From positions 5,372 through 69,371 of the forward strand of contig CAYJBH010000013.1 of NCBI GenBank assembly GCA_964368625.1: 64,000 nt of DNA, in the 5' to 3' direction. Position 1 is the stretch's first letter; each line of letters starts with the position of its first letter. Shown here one piece after another: positions 19,576 to 29,783 of this stretch. The position numbers and the translations under genes are program-made. The notes beneath the pieces were generated by a model. The model worked only from the letters and a program-made list of their open reading frames with translations. It did no database searches and was not told the DNA's origin. Source of the DNA: an uncultured Oscillospiraceae bacterium. Lineage in GTDB: Bacteria; Bacillota; Clostridia; Oscillospirales; Ruminococcaceae.

Positions 19576-20838
19576 ATGAAATTTATTAAGAACCATATAT
19601 TAGTTAAAACGATGCAGGGTATCGGCACTAATCCCAGAGCCTCAATTTTAACCGAGCCATTATGGTTTATACCATATTCTTTGTTTACACCATTCCAGTC
19701 TATCTACATGCGCCAGATAGGTCTTTCTAACGAAGAGATAGGATTTACTATTGCATTTGGTTTGTTTTTGCAGATCTTTGGAGGTTTGGTTGGTGGCGTA
19801 GTTGCTGATAAGATGGGTCGAAGAAAATCAACATTCATCTTTGATATTATAGGCTGGACCGGCCCTTGCCTTTTATGGGCATTTGCAGAAAACTTTTGGT
19901 GGTTTCTTTTGGCGGCAGCGATAAATTCTACTATGTCGTTAACACATGTAACCTGGGCATGTCTTTTTATAGAAGACTGTCCTCCAAAGTTGGTTAGGAA
20001 CGCATTTTTAATTATCCAAATAGCAGGAATGCTGTCGGTATTCTTCTCTCCTATAGCCATATGGCTGGTTGCCGACCATGGTGTGGTTCCGGTAGTTCGT
20101 GGCTTATTTATTCTCTCGTCTATATCCATGACGCTTAAGTTTGTTTTACTATATATCTTTGGTAAAGAAACTCAACTCGGTAAAAAAAGAATGCAGGAAA
20201 CTAAAGATACAAGTTATTTTACCCTTGTTGCCGGATACAAGGATGTATTTTTAAAGGTTCTGAGATCAAAAAAAATGATGTTTGTGGTTATTTTTATTTC
20301 AATAATCAACATAACCTTAATTCCAGTTAATACATTTTTCTCAATATATATTACTGAAACGCTAAAACTCCCAGAAGAGTTGGTTGCCTTGTTTCCAATG
20401 ATAAGAACATTTATTATGCTTATATTTGTATTACAGCTGCAAAATTTTGTGCAACGTCTAAATATGCGTAGCGGTGCTGCAATAGGATTATTGCTATACA
20501 TAGCTAGCCACATTATTCTTATTATTAGTCCTTTACAGAGTATGTTAGGCATAATAATTTATACCCTTCTTGAAGCAGTAGCATTTTCGTTTGTTACGCC
20601 AAGAAAGGATGAATTAATGGTATTATATGTAGACGAGAAGAACCGATCCAGAATTTTTGCTATATATTTAACGGTGATGCTTGCAATAAGCGCACCATTT
20701 GGGGTGATATTCGGTAGGCTATACGATTTTAATTCAAGGGCACCTTTTATTTTGAATATAATTTTGTTTGTAATAGCAACAATATTAATATTAAGCTCTA
20801 AAGATATAAAAAAACATGAGGAGCATATAGGGGGGTAA
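19576..20838 (+). CDS. MFS transporter
   Basis: About 420 aa, 12 TM pattern, with the DKMGRRK loop motif between TM2 and TM3. The ORF track extends to a TTG at 19570; the ATG at 19576 is taken as the start. Confidence 0.7.
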   Translation: MKFIKNHILVKTMQGIGTNPRASILTEPLWFIPYSLFTPFQSIYMRQIGLSNEEIGFTIAFGLFLQIFGGLVGGVVADKMGRRKSTFIFDIIGWTGPCLLWAFAENFWWFLLAAAINSTMSLTHVTWACLFIEDCPPKLVRNAFLIIQIAGMLSVFFSPIAIWLVADHGVVPVVRGLFILSSISMTLKFVLLYIFGKETQLGKKRMQETKDTSYFTLVAGYKDVFLKVLRSKKMMFVVIFISIINITLIPVNTFFSIYITETLKLPEELVALFPMIRTFIMLIFVLQLQNFVQRLNMRSGAAIGLLLYIASHIILIISPLQSMLGIIIYTLLEAVAFSFVTPRKDELMVLYVDEKNRSRIFAIYLTVMLAISAPFGVIFGRLYDFNSRAPFILNIILFVIATILILSSKDIKKHEEHIGG

Positions 20839-20841
20839 ACT

Positions 20842-22170
20842 ATGTTTGAAAATAATACTGCAAGAGATTATATAGAAAATATGCTTATTGCCCCTTTCTT
20901 TAGAAAAGAAGCTCGGTATATAGGTGTTGAGTTTGAGTATCCTATCCTATTTCTTGATGGATCTCAAAGCTCAAAAAAACTAGGTATGGAATTTTTGACT
21001 TTATTGGTCAATTCAGGAGATTTTGAAGAAGAGAAGGCTACCTGCTCCCCCGAAATCATGCGAGTTAAAAACCACCATGATGATAGCATAAGCTACGACT
21101 ATAGCTATGCTACCATTGAGTTCTCTATGGCAAAAGGGATAACGATACATGAGATTGCCGAGAGATTTTACTCGTATTTCGATATGGCTTATGAATTTTA
21201 TGAATCAAAAGGTTGTATCATAACTGGTATGGGGAGCAATCCTTTAATGCCTAAAACGCTTGAATATACAATAAGCAACTACACGAATACCCTTCGTGAA
21301 TACATTAGTCGCTACACTCCTCAGAAAGATCCACGTTACTATCTTGCTAATATGCAGTCTGTTCAGACGCATATAGAGGTTCCGGGTAAGCGCTTGGTAG
21401 AGAAATTTAATACCATGTGTATGATGGATTTTGTAAAGGGTTTATTACTGTCTAACTCATTACCTGAACCTTCTAATCTGCCATCGGGCATTAGCTATGA
21501 AGAGGGAACCCTTTGTGCTCGCGATCTAAACTGGGAGGGTTCTGGTTTTCCAAACACCGGAATTTGCACCCAGAAATTTAACAACATAGAACAGCTTATA
21601 GATTACTTTACCGATAAGGATATCTGCTTTAGGGTGGATGGACTGGAATATGAGTGCTTTGAACCGGTATCACTTTCTAAATACTTTAATGAACAGCAGC
21701 ATCCAGAGAGCGACCTACATGGCTTCTTTAATGTTGAAAGGGTTACAATAAATAGGTATAATGTTATAGAGATGCGTGGTGATTGTATACAACCACTAAA
21801 CAGTACATTTTGCGCCACTGCTTTTAATATCGGAATTTGCTATAATTCAGAAAAGGCAATGGCTACTTGTGAAAAATTTATAGCTGATAATCGCTTAGAT
21901 GGGCTTAATATAAAGGAGCTAAGGAAGTATGCTGTAACAAACAGATGTACAGAGCTAGTTTCCCCAAGGACTATATCAAAATTTTTGACCGAAATGGTCG
22001 ACATCGCAAAGCACGGACTTTTAACTCGTGGCTTTGGAGAAGAAATTTATATTGAAGTATTGTACGAAAGAGCTGCAAAACTAAAATGCCCTGCAGAATA
22101 TCAGCTAGAGCTAATATCTGAAGGGCAGGATATTGTTGATATTGCTAAGCTGTTTGCAATACGTGAATAA
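20842..22170 (+). CDS. glutamate-cysteine ligase family (GCS2/carboxylate-amine ligase-like) protein
   Basis: 442 aa. IGVEFEYPI, ATIEFSMA, QTHIEV and IEMRGDCIQP resemble the conserved strands of gamma-glutamylcysteine synthetase/YbdK-type ligases. Starts 4 nt after the MFS stop. Confidence 0.55.
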   Translation: MFENNTARDYIENMLIAPFFRKEARYIGVEFEYPILFLDGSQSSKKLGMEFLTLLVNSGDFEEEKATCSPEIMRVKNHHDDSISYDYSYATIEFSMAKGITIHEIAERFYSYFDMAYEFYESKGCIITGMGSNPLMPKTLEYTISNYTNTLREYISRYTPQKDPRYYLANMQSVQTHIEVPGKRLVEKFNTMCMMDFVKGLLLSNSLPEPSNLPSGISYEEGTLCARDLNWEGSGFPNTGICTQKFNNIEQLIDYFTDKDICFRVDGLEYECFEPVSLSKYFNEQQHPESDLHGFFNVERVTINRYNVIEMRGDCIQPLNSTFCATAFNIGICYNSEKAMATCEKFIADNRLDGLNIKELRKYAVTNRCTELVSPRTISKFLTEMVDIAKHGLLTRGFGEEIYIEVLYERAAKLKCPAEYQLELISEGQDIVDIAKLFAIRE

Positions 22171-22195
22171 CCGAATACAACAGCTTATTTGATTA

Positions 22196-22594
22196 TTAGC
22201 GATGTTTAGGATTAGCCTTAATAATTACAACTGCCTTAATAATTGCAGCCGAGATTACTCCATGATCCTGCTTTGATAAAGCAGGAATTTCTTCGTCGCG
22301 CTCAAGAACAATATAACGAGGTGGTAGCTCATTTAGCGATAATGCCATTATCTCCTTTCTACAACGATCACAGTCGCAACAGGAGAACTTGCTCAGCGCA
22401 GTATCTAGTTTTTCTTTTACCCAATATTCCTGGATATTTATATAGCGTGAATTACCAACAGAAGGCGGATGGTTTTTGTGGATAGGTGGTTCATCTCCAT
22501 AATAATAGCTACCTATCTGCTCATTCTCCAAGCCTTGTGTGGGCATTAACTTCTTATACATATCCTCTTTATAAAGTTCTTTTTTGTTTGCCAA
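22196..22594 (-). CDS. ComFB family (late competence development protein ComFB-like) protein
   Basis: 132 aa. CCDCDRCRKEIMALSLNELPPRY is a four-Cys motif typical of the ComFB domain. Confidence 0.7.
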   Translation of the reverse strand: MANKKELYKEDMYKKLMPTQGLENEQIGSYYYGDEPPIHKNHPPSVGNSRYINIQEYWVKEKLDTALSKFSCCDCDRCRKEIMALSLNELPPRYIVLERDEEIPALSKQDHGVISAAIIKAVVIIKANPKHR

Positions 22595-22598
22595 GATT

Positions 22599-23693
22599 TT
22601 ATACGCTCCTTTTTAATCTTTTTCCCAACAATTCAGGTAAATATTTATCGATTGGCTTTGCGAATAATAGATAGGCTGCCGCAACATACAACACCGATAA
22701 AACAATAGCCTCAGCAGGTGTTTGTATATTCGGGAATGAAATACCAACCGAGGTAAACAGTAACGGTAACAGTGTTTTAATTATATGCTCGGTGCCCATA
22801 ATAGCAGCCGATAGGCTGCCTGCCTTACAAAAAATCGGTATTCTAGCGAGTACTATTGAAATTAGTATAGCAGTAGAGATAAAAACTATATTATAAAAAA
22901 ATTGTGATAAAGATATTAATAAATAGCTTTCTTCAATGCCCAATAAGCTGTAAAAATATCCATTGCGATAGAAAAAATTTATATATAACAGGTATGAAGT
23001 AATAATTATTACTGAGCTTAAAGCTAATATAAACAGGGGTTTTCGTTTCTTAAAGAAGGCAAGAAATCTCCCATCCTCAATCACCCTGCGAACCATATCA
23101 CCAATACAGAAATATATTATAAATCTAACTGCCTGATCTATACCCCAGGGTAGGGTAGGGGCTTCATGTATAAGCTTAACCGCCGCAGAAAGACCAAAGC
23201 AGATAATCGTAAGAAGAATAGGATTCTTAACTAATTTACGTAAAAGATAATAAATTATCGTCATTATTAAAAGGCATGGAAAAAACCATAGCGCAGTTAC
23301 CGCCACACGGGTGCGGCTTGCATAGAGCATATCGGATATAAATGCAATTATCTCACCAAGGTCATATTCATAAAGAACAACCCGCATTGCAAGCGAGATT
23401 AAACTAAAAGAAAAATAGGGAACCATTATTCTAATAAACTTATTTTTTATTAGCTCTAAAAATCCGTATTTTTGGGCGTTAAGTGCAAAAAAGCCGGAAG
23501 CAAAAAAGAAGCAAGGTAGCTGAAATGATATGGCAAGAAAGCCAATCCTACCAAGATCCGGTGCATGGCACAGATAAACACTGTAAACCGCAAGTAGCTT
23601 TAAACAGTCTATCCAGTCATACCGTTTAATCTCAGATTTCACCAAACCCCTCCAGCATCTCCTTAACGAAGCTTTTATAGTCGTGTACTGCAT
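22599..23693 (-). CDS. acyltransferase family 3 membrane O-acyltransferase
   Basis: 364 aa with the RYDWIDCLKLLAVYSVYLCHA N-terminal motif and about 10 TM segments. The true start may be an internal GTG/TTG near 23642, since the long form overlaps parA by 62 nt. Confidence 0.75.
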   Translation of the reverse strand: MQYTTIKASLRRCWRGLVKSEIKRYDWIDCLKLLAVYSVYLCHAPDLGRIGFLAISFQLPCFFFASGFFALNAQKYGFLELIKNKFIRIMVPYFSFSLISLAMRVVLYEYDLGEIIAFISDMLYASRTRVAVTALWFFPCLLIMTIIYYLLRKLVKNPILLTIICFGLSAAVKLIHEAPTLPWGIDQAVRFIIYFCIGDMVRRVIEDGRFLAFFKKRKPLFILALSSVIIITSYLLYINFFYRNGYFYSLLGIEESYLLISLSQFFYNIVFISTAILISIVLARIPIFCKAGSLSAAIMGTEHIIKTLLPLLFTSVGISFPNIQTPAEAIVLSVLYVAAAYLLFAKPIDKYLPELLGKRLKRSV

Positions 23694-24399
23694 GGCATTT
23701 TGGGGAATATCTCAGGATGTTCTTTTGTAGTGCCTGAGCTTCCCTCATGGCTACGCTATCTCTTATTTTACTGTTAAATAGCTTAACACCTAAATCTTTT
23801 GTGATTAGCTCAGCAGTACCAAGAATCTCTCTTGAAAAAACACTGCGCGTATTATATCTTGTAAGAAGTATACCTTCTATCTTAACCTTAGAGTTACAAT
23901 ATTTTTTAACCTGTTCTACGCTCTCATAAATCTGCGCCAAACCCTGTAAGCTAAAAATATCAGCCATCATCGGAACGATAATATTCCCTGAAGCTGTAAA
24001 GGCGTTAACGGTTAACAGCGAGAGTGCAGGAGGGGTATCTATTAAAATATAATCATATTTTATCGGCAGGGTTTTAATTGCCTCGCGAAGCAGATATTCT
24101 CGTCCCGCAGAAACATATTCTAGCTCAATTCCGGAAAGCATAATGTTGCTTGCGATAACATCTACCGTGCTAGTGCGTTGGATAGCATGCCGCATTAAAA
24201 CATCGCCTCTCAATACCTCGTAAAGTGTAGCGCTATGCTCATTATCTGCCCCAAGTGAAAAAGCAAGGTTGCCTTGCGGATCCATGTCTATCGCAAGAAC
24301 GCTGTAGCCCATCTTTTTTAAGATAATACCAACTGTAGCAGTTGTGGTGGTTTTGGCCACTCCGCCTTTTTGATTAGAAAAGGTTAAAATTCTGCCCAA
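23632..24399 (-). CDS. ParA/Soj family ATPase (orphan, no parB)
   Basis: 255 aa with deviant Walker A NQKGGVAKTTTT and IDTPP Walker B. TTG start preceded by GGAGGTG. Confidence 0.85.
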   Translation of the reverse strand: MGRILTFSNQKGGVAKTTTTATVGIILKKMGYSVLAIDMDPQGNLAFSLGADNEHSATLYEVLRGDVLMRHAIQRTSTVDVIASNIMLSGIELEYVSAGREYLLREAIKTLPIKYDYILIDTPPALSLLTVNAFTASGNIIVPMMADIFSLQGLAQIYESVEQVKKYCNSKVKIEGILLTRYNTRSVFSREILGTAELITKDLGVKLFNSKIRDSVAMREAQALQKNILRYSPKCHAVHDYKSFVKEMLEGFGEI

Positions 24400-24430
24400 T
24401 CGGCACCTCCGAATAATATAATTACATTCT

Positions 24431-24459
24431 ATTATAACATAACTATTCTAGTTATTCAA
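24431..24459 (-). promoter_or_regulatory. sigmaA promoter for the parA-acyltransferase-comFB transcription unit
   Basis: On the minus strand: TTGAAT, 17-nt spacer, TGtTATAAT (extended -10). Confidence 0.6.
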
Positions 24460-24462
24460 TAA

Positions 24463-25398
24463 TTAATATCGTTTTGTTTTTAAAGTGTGAGTGAAATATT
24501 TTTTGGATTGCTCACAGGCTGATAAAACCATGTTTGTAAGATCGGATAAATCATCAAATTTTTTTGGCTCAAACAGGTACTCATGAAAAGATAACAGCAC
24601 GTGTTGACCATATAGGTCATCGACCTTAGCTGCAATTGTAGTTTCGCAGCTTACAGCACCATCTTCGGTAAAGGATGGCCTAGCAGTTACCCCTGTAGCA
24701 GAGGGATAAACATTAGTATCAATGCTAGCTGTAGTTATATAAACACCATTTTTAGGGATTACAAAACCATCCTCCCAGTATTGATTAATAGTAGGAAAGC
24801 CAAGTTTAGAGCCAATACCAAATCCATGTTTTACAACATTGTTGATGCAATAGGCACGTCCTAGCATGCTGTTAGCTCTTTCTATATCACCATCTTTCAG
24901 TGCCGTTCTTATTCGGGTAGATGATATTTTTTCTCCATCTTTATCACATCTTTTTGGCGTGTTGACACAAAAGCCATAGCTATCACCCTTGTTAATAAGA
25001 ATTTCAAGATTGCCCTGTCTTTTATGTCCGAACCTAAAATCTGTACCACATGTTACCAATTTACAGCCAAGTCGGAGGTGTAAAATCTTATCAATAAAGT
25101 CATCTGCAGAAATGGTATAATAATCTAGAAACTCAAGCTGAAAGCAGTGATCGATACCCAGTTCTTTTATATGTTTCCTTCTAAGATATTCATCTTCTAT
25201 TAACTGTTCAGTTTTTGGCGGCATTAAACAGAGTGCAACTGATGGAACTTTTAGTTTGCACGCCTGCTTAACAGTTTCTTTTAATATAACTTGATGTCCC
25301 TTGTGAACACCGTCAAAACTACCGAGAGCTACTGCCGACCCGGCTAATTGAAAAGTCTCTTTAATTATTTTCATTGGACTCTTTTGAGTTGTTATCAT
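24463..25398 (-). CDS. ribF: bifunctional riboflavin kinase/FAD synthetase
   Basis: 311 aa with ALGSFDGVHKGHQ (FMN adenylyltransferase), and GFPTIN and SSTRIR-type kinase motifs. The start may be the internal MKIIKE at 25374. Confidence 0.85.
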   Translation of the reverse strand: MITTQKSPMKIIKETFQLAGSAVALGSFDGVHKGHQVILKETVKQACKLKVPSVALCLMPPKTEQLIEDEYLRRKHIKELGIDHCFQLEFLDYYTISADDFIDKILHLRLGCKLVTCGTDFRFGHKRQGNLEILINKGDSYGFCVNTPKRCDKDGEKISSTRIRTALKDGDIERANSMLGRAYCINNVVKHGFGIGSKLGFPTINQYWEDGFVIPKNGVYITTASIDTNVYPSATGVTARPSFTEDGAVSCETTIAAKVDDLYGQHVLLSFHEYLFEPKKFDDLSDLTNMVLSACEQSKKYFTHTLKTKRY

Positions 25399-26446
25399 TT
25401 CTTGTAGTATCCACCGTTGGCGGCTGCATAGGCGGCTGCATAGGTGGCTGCATAGGTGGTCGCATAGGAGGAGGCATCTGGCTGTTAGGAATATGTTGAT
25501 GGTTGTTCATCATCTGTTGGTGCAAAATTGTAGCTTTTTCACGTTTTTGCGCATCCTTTTTTAACCGTCTGGCAATTCTTTTTGGCTCTGTGGCCCTAAG
25601 AATTAGCATAACAATAATTAGAACTATTCCTGCAAAAACTAAGGTTGGTAGCATTCCGGCCAGTATTGTTATTAGGTAGGATAGTGCGCTTATTAAAAAG
25701 TCAATTCCTTCAATAAAAGCGACGCCTACACCGGCTAAAAATCCCTCATTTGTTATAATTATATGCTCTGACTCGGTAAGTGTAAGGTTGATAGTACTCA
25801 TGCTTACCTGACGTTCCAGATAAAGGCGTTGCTGTTCATAGCTCTCTCTTTCGTATCTCACGTTTGAGAGCTGATACTCTATCTCCATAATTTCGGAAAC
25901 GTTGGCAGCCAGCTCTAACAGCTCAACTAACCTATCTTCCTGTGCCTCAAGAGACTCTATCCTTGCGGTTATGTCGATATACTCAACCGTTACATCTTCG
26001 CTGGATTCATTCATGGATTCAAGCGATGCACTGTTCTGCACACCGTTTAATAGGTCGTTGTAGCTGTCAGACGGAACTCTGATAACCATGTCGATATTTC
26101 GGCGGCTTTCAGCTTCAGAACCACTTTTCCATATGTTAGACTGGGTAATCTCTCCACCATACTTCTCCACCTCGCTTTTAATATTATCCAGCGAAGCTTC
26201 AAAGTCGTTTGTCTTCATGTCAAGATAGGCATTTTTAATTATCATCCTATCGTCTTCAATTTCAACATCATTGCTTCCGGTAGTGTCTAATAACTCACCG
26301 GAGGGCATAGACTCTATTGTAGGTGATTCCTCTGCATATTCATATGAATCGTTGGTGGAATAGGTCGACGAGCTGCTACAGCTTGCCCATACAACAGCAA
26401 CAAGAACGATAAGCAACAAAAACAATAACGGCTTAAACCTTTTCAT
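25361..26446 (-). CDS. DUF4349-like lipoprotein with C-terminal TM segment and Pro-rich tail
   Basis: 361 aa. Lipobox (VVWASC), a coiled central region, a TM helix near the C-terminus and a PPM(R/Q) repeat tail. Confidence 0.6.
   Translation of the reverse strand: MKRFKPLLFLLLIVLVAVVWASCSSSSTYSTNDSYEYAEESPTIESMPSGELLDTTGSNDVEIEDDRMIIKNAYLDMKTNDFEASLDNIKSEVEKYGGEITQSNIWKSGSEAESRRNIDMVIRVPSDSYNDLLNGVQNSASLESMNESSEDVTVEYIDITARIESLEAQEDRLVELLELAANVSEIMEIEYQLSNVRYERESYEQQRLYLERQVSMSTINLTLTESEHIIITNEGFLAGVGVAFIEGIDFLISALSYLITILAGMLPTLVFAGIVLIIVMLILRATEPKRIARRLKKDAQKREKATILHQQMMNNHQHIPNSQMPPPMRPPMQPPMQPPMQPPTVDTTRNDNNSKESNENN
25419..25478. repeat. tandem 12-nt repeat (about 5 units) encoding PPMQ/PPMR
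   Basis: GGCGGCTGCATA x2, GGTGGCTGCATA, GGTGGTCGCATA and a degenerate fifth unit, lying inside the DUF4349-like ORF. Confidence 0.8.
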
Positions 26447-26464
26447 TCCTTCTCTCCTAACCTT

Positions 26465-27835
26465 TTATATTTTTTTAATTACCGGGCCGTTTCTTGTATC
26501 TTCAACGGTGTATCCGAGAGCGGTTATCTTATCTCTTATGCTATCTGCAAGGGCAAAATCTTTTGCCTTTTTTGCAGCAGTACGCTGCTCGCAAAGCTGC
26601 ACAACATCAGCAGGAATATCATTCTTCTCAAAAAAGATACCAAGAACATCGCAAAGCTCGGTTAGAGTGGTTAATGCTTCCTGCATGCCATTTTTGGAAA
26701 AATTGTCCTCGGAATTAATAACCTTAATTAGCTCAAACACAACAGAGAGTGCATCTGCTGTGTTAAGATCATCTTCCATTGCATCACAAAAATCAGTTTT
26801 TGCTTTAGCGCAAATGTCGCTTATAGCATTTCCGACATCAGGTGCGTTTGGAAGCTCTCGGTTTAGCTTACCAAAGCAATTTTCAATACGCTCTAGTGCC
26901 GAGATACTCTGTTCTAGTACATCTTCACCGAATTGTAATGGACTGCGGTAGTGAGCAGATAGCATTAAAAACCTGATAGGAGAGTATCCATAACGCTCTG
27001 AAACCTCTCTTGTTGTAAAAAAGTTTCCAAGACTTTTACTCATCTTGTTTCCGCCCATGTTTAGAAATCCGTTATGCATAAAGAAATTAGCAAAAGTCTT
27101 TCCGTTAGCAGCTTCACTCTGAGCTATCTCGTTTTCATGATGCGGGAAAACAAGGTCGACACCACCGCCATGCAAATCAAAGGTGTCGCCAAGATATCTC
27201 TTAGCCATTGCACTACACTCGATATGCCAGCCGGGACGGCCCTCTCCGAATGGAGCTGAATAGCTTGGCTCTCCCGGTTTAACACCCTTCCAAAGCGCAA
27301 AATCGGTAGGGTTTTCTTTGCTCTCGCCCGGGTTTACCCGTGCACCCTCTTCCAACTCTTCCATGGGCATATGACAAAGTTTGCCGTATTCTTCAAATTT
27401 ATTTGTTCTAAAGTAAACATCACCACCACTTTGGTAGGCATAGCCCTTTTCAAGTAGGGTATTGATTAGCGCTATCATCTCGTCGATATGTTCAGTGGCT
27501 CGTGGAGTAGCAGTTGGAACGAGGCAGCCAAGTCCGTTACGGTCGGTAATAAACTCGTCTTCATAACGACGCGCAACCTGTTCTACCGTAACGCCCTCTT
27601 CGTTGGCCTTCTTAATTAGCTTGTCATCGATATCGGTAATGTTGGAGATAAAGGTTACCTTATTTCCTCTATACTCAAGGTAGCGACGAAGCACATCATA
27701 AACAATCAACGGCCTTGCGTTTCCTATGTGAATAAAGTTGTATACAGTGGGGCCACAAACGTAGATTTTATAGTGATTATCCTCTATCGGCAAAAACTCA
27801 TCCTTGCTTCTTGTAAGCGTGTTAAATATCTTCAT
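26465..27835 (-). CDS. cysS: cysteine--tRNA ligase
   Basis: 456 aa with HIGN (class I HIGH variant), KMSKS and GWHIECS zinc-site motifs. Confidence 0.95.
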   Translation of the reverse strand: MKIFNTLTRSKDEFLPIEDNHYKIYVCGPTVYNFIHIGNARPLIVYDVLRRYLEYRGNKVTFISNITDIDDKLIKKANEEGVTVEQVARRYEDEFITDRNGLGCLVPTATPRATEHIDEMIALINTLLEKGYAYQSGGDVYFRTNKFEEYGKLCHMPMEELEEGARVNPGESKENPTDFALWKGVKPGEPSYSAPFGEGRPGWHIECSAMAKRYLGDTFDLHGGGVDLVFPHHENEIAQSEAANGKTFANFFMHNGFLNMGGNKMSKSLGNFFTTREVSERYGYSPIRFLMLSAHYRSPLQFGEDVLEQSISALERIENCFGKLNRELPNAPDVGNAISDICAKAKTDFCDAMEDDLNTADALSVVFELIKVINSEDNFSKNGMQEALTTLTELCDVLGIFFEKNDIPADVVQLCEQRTAAKKAKDFALADSIRDKITALGYTVEDTRNGPVIKKI

Positions 27836-27853
27836 GCTTTTTAGTCCTTTCTA

Positions 27854-28408
27854 TTATTTTGCTAAAAATTCTCTTCCTTTGTATATGTAATCGGCTCCTG
27901 TAACAAGTGTTACTACCGCTACCAACCACATTAATCCATATATAAGTTGTTGAGCTAAAGGTATAACAAATCCTATCTCAGAGGCTACTAAAATTAGTAA
28001 CCACAAAATTGTTACTATAATTTGTAATACAGTTTTTATTTTACCACCAAGATTTGCAGCGATAACAGCTCCATGACTGGCGGCAATAGATCTCATTGCC
28101 GTTACAGCAAACTCTCTTGCAAAGATTATGATAATAACAACAGTATCGGTGTATCCCATAACAAGCATATATAAAAATGCCGTACTGGTTAGTAATTTAT
28201 CTGCAACCGGATCAATAAATTTGCCAAAGTCGGTTACGAGATTCATACGGCGTGCTAACATACCATCTAGAAGATCGGTGATAGAAGCGATTATATAAAC
28301 TATAGTGGCAAAAGTATAGTTGTATGGTATGTTGTCGAACTCCATCAACAAACATAGCACAGGTATAAGCATAATACGTAATAATGATAGTTTATTAGGT
28401 AAATTCAT
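27854..28408 (-). CDS. pgsA: CDP-diacylglycerol--glycerol-3-phosphate 3-phosphatidyltransferase
   Basis: 184 aa with the CDP-alcohol phosphatidyltransferase motif DLLDGMLARR...GKFIDPVADK. Confidence 0.85.
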   Translation of the reverse strand: MNLPNKLSLLRIMLIPVLCLLMEFDNIPYNYTFATIVYIIASITDLLDGMLARRMNLVTDFGKFIDPVADKLLTSTAFLYMLVMGYTDTVVIIIIFAREFAVTAMRSIAASHGAVIAANLGGKIKTVLQIIVTILWLLILVASEIGFVIPLAQQLIYGLMWLVAVVTLVTGADYIYKGREFLAK

Positions 28409-28447
28409 AGTTAAGTGTCAATCCCTTCAAAAATTAACTAAAACGGT

Positions 28448-29767
28448 TTACTCCTCAGGAATTTCGGCTATAAGATCATAACCCTCAACCCCAGTTATAA
28501 AAATCTCATATTTTTCGTAGAGCGGTAAAGTTTCGTTTACCATAATATGGGTATCAACCTCGGGGGCAGAATAGCTGTCCCTCAACACCGTTCGTCCCGA
28601 TTGCTCGCATACATCTTCAGCATATGCACCGAGAACTTTTCCTACCTTGGATTTAAGTTTTTGCTGAACAACCGTATATTGAGCCTCCATTATTTTTTTA
28701 TGACGCTGCTTTTTAACCGAAGCAGGAATTTGATTTTTTAGCAAAGCGGCAGCCGTATCCTCCTCTTTTGAATAGGAAAAGCACCCAAGATGGTTAAAAT
28801 GTCCTTCCTTTACAAAGGCTAATAGCTGCTGGAAATCCTCCTCTGTCTCGCCGGGGAATCCAACCATTACGGTAGTTCTTAAGCATATGTCAGGCATGGC
28901 CTTTTTTAAACGCTCAACAGCAGTTTTAACTATTTGTGAACCGCCCCTCCGAAGCATATTTTTAAGTACATCATCGCTGATATGCTGAATCGGCATGTCG
29001 ATATATCTTGCAACCTTAGGTAATCGTGCCATAGTATTAACCAGTTTATCGTCAATGTTTTCAGGATAGGCATACATTATACGAATACAGTCGATTCCAT
29101 CAATATCATGCAAGATATTAAGCAGTTCCGGCAGTTCACTTCTGCCACTAATCTCCTTCCGAAACGCTGTGGTATCTTGAGCAATGAGAATAAGCTCTTT
29201 AGTACCGGCGGCTGCAAGTTCGGATGCTTCTTTATAGATGCTATCTATATCTCGACTGCGTTGCCTTCCTCTTATCATAGGTATAGCACAATAGCTACAT
29301 CGGTTGTTACACCCATCGGCAATCTTTAGATAGCTGTAATGAGGGGGTGAGAGTAATACTCTATCGCCTTCTTCGGTTAAGTTTTCAATTTCACCGCTAT
29401 ATAAACCGCCTTTTCCGGCTGATATTTCTTCTATTATATCAGCTATATCGCCATTCCTGCCGGGGGTTACTACTGCATTGACCTCCGGAATAAGTTTTAG
29501 TATATCGTTAGAATAGCGCTGAGCAAGACATCCGGTTACCACAATTTTCATGTTTAGATTGTCGTCTCTTGTTTTTGCAAGGTGTAAAATGTTTTCTATA
29601 CCCTCCTGTTTGGCATCGGCAATAAATCCACAGGTGTTTACGATAACAAACTCCGCCTCTAAAATATCAGGAGTTAAGGTATGACCGCGTAAAAATAGCC
29701 GCCCAAGCATCCTCTCTGCATCCACGGTGTTTTTTGAACATCCGAGCGGTATTAATGCAATTTTCAT
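28448..29767 (-). CDS. rimO: ribosomal protein S12 methylthiotransferase
   Basis: Radical-SAM CNNRCSYCAIP with N-terminal MKIALIPLGCSKN (UPF0004 domain) and a TRAM-like C-terminus. Start is set at the internal ATG (29767) after a GAAAGG RBS, which removes the overlap with recX. Confidence 0.85.
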   Translation of the reverse strand: MKIALIPLGCSKNTVDAERMLGRLFLRGHTLTPDILEAEFVIVNTCGFIADAKQEGIENILHLAKTRDDNLNMKIVVTGCLAQRYSNDILKLIPEVNAVVTPGRNGDIADIIEEISAGKGGLYSGEIENLTEEGDRVLLSPPHYSYLKIADGCNNRCSYCAIPMIRGRQRSRDIDSIYKEASELAAAGTKELILIAQDTTAFRKEISGRSELPELLNILHDIDGIDCIRIMYAYPENIDDKLVNTMARLPKVARYIDMPIQHISDDVLKNMLRRGGSQIVKTAVERLKKAMPDICLRTTVMVGFPGETEEDFQQLLAFVKEGHFNHLGCFSYSKEEDTAAALLKNQIPASVKKQRHKKIMEAQYTVVQQKLKSKVGKVLGAYAEDVCEQSGRTVLRDSYSAPEVDTHIMVNETLPLYEKYEIFITGVEGYDLIAEIPEE

Positions 29768-29783
29768 CCTATATGTACCTTTC

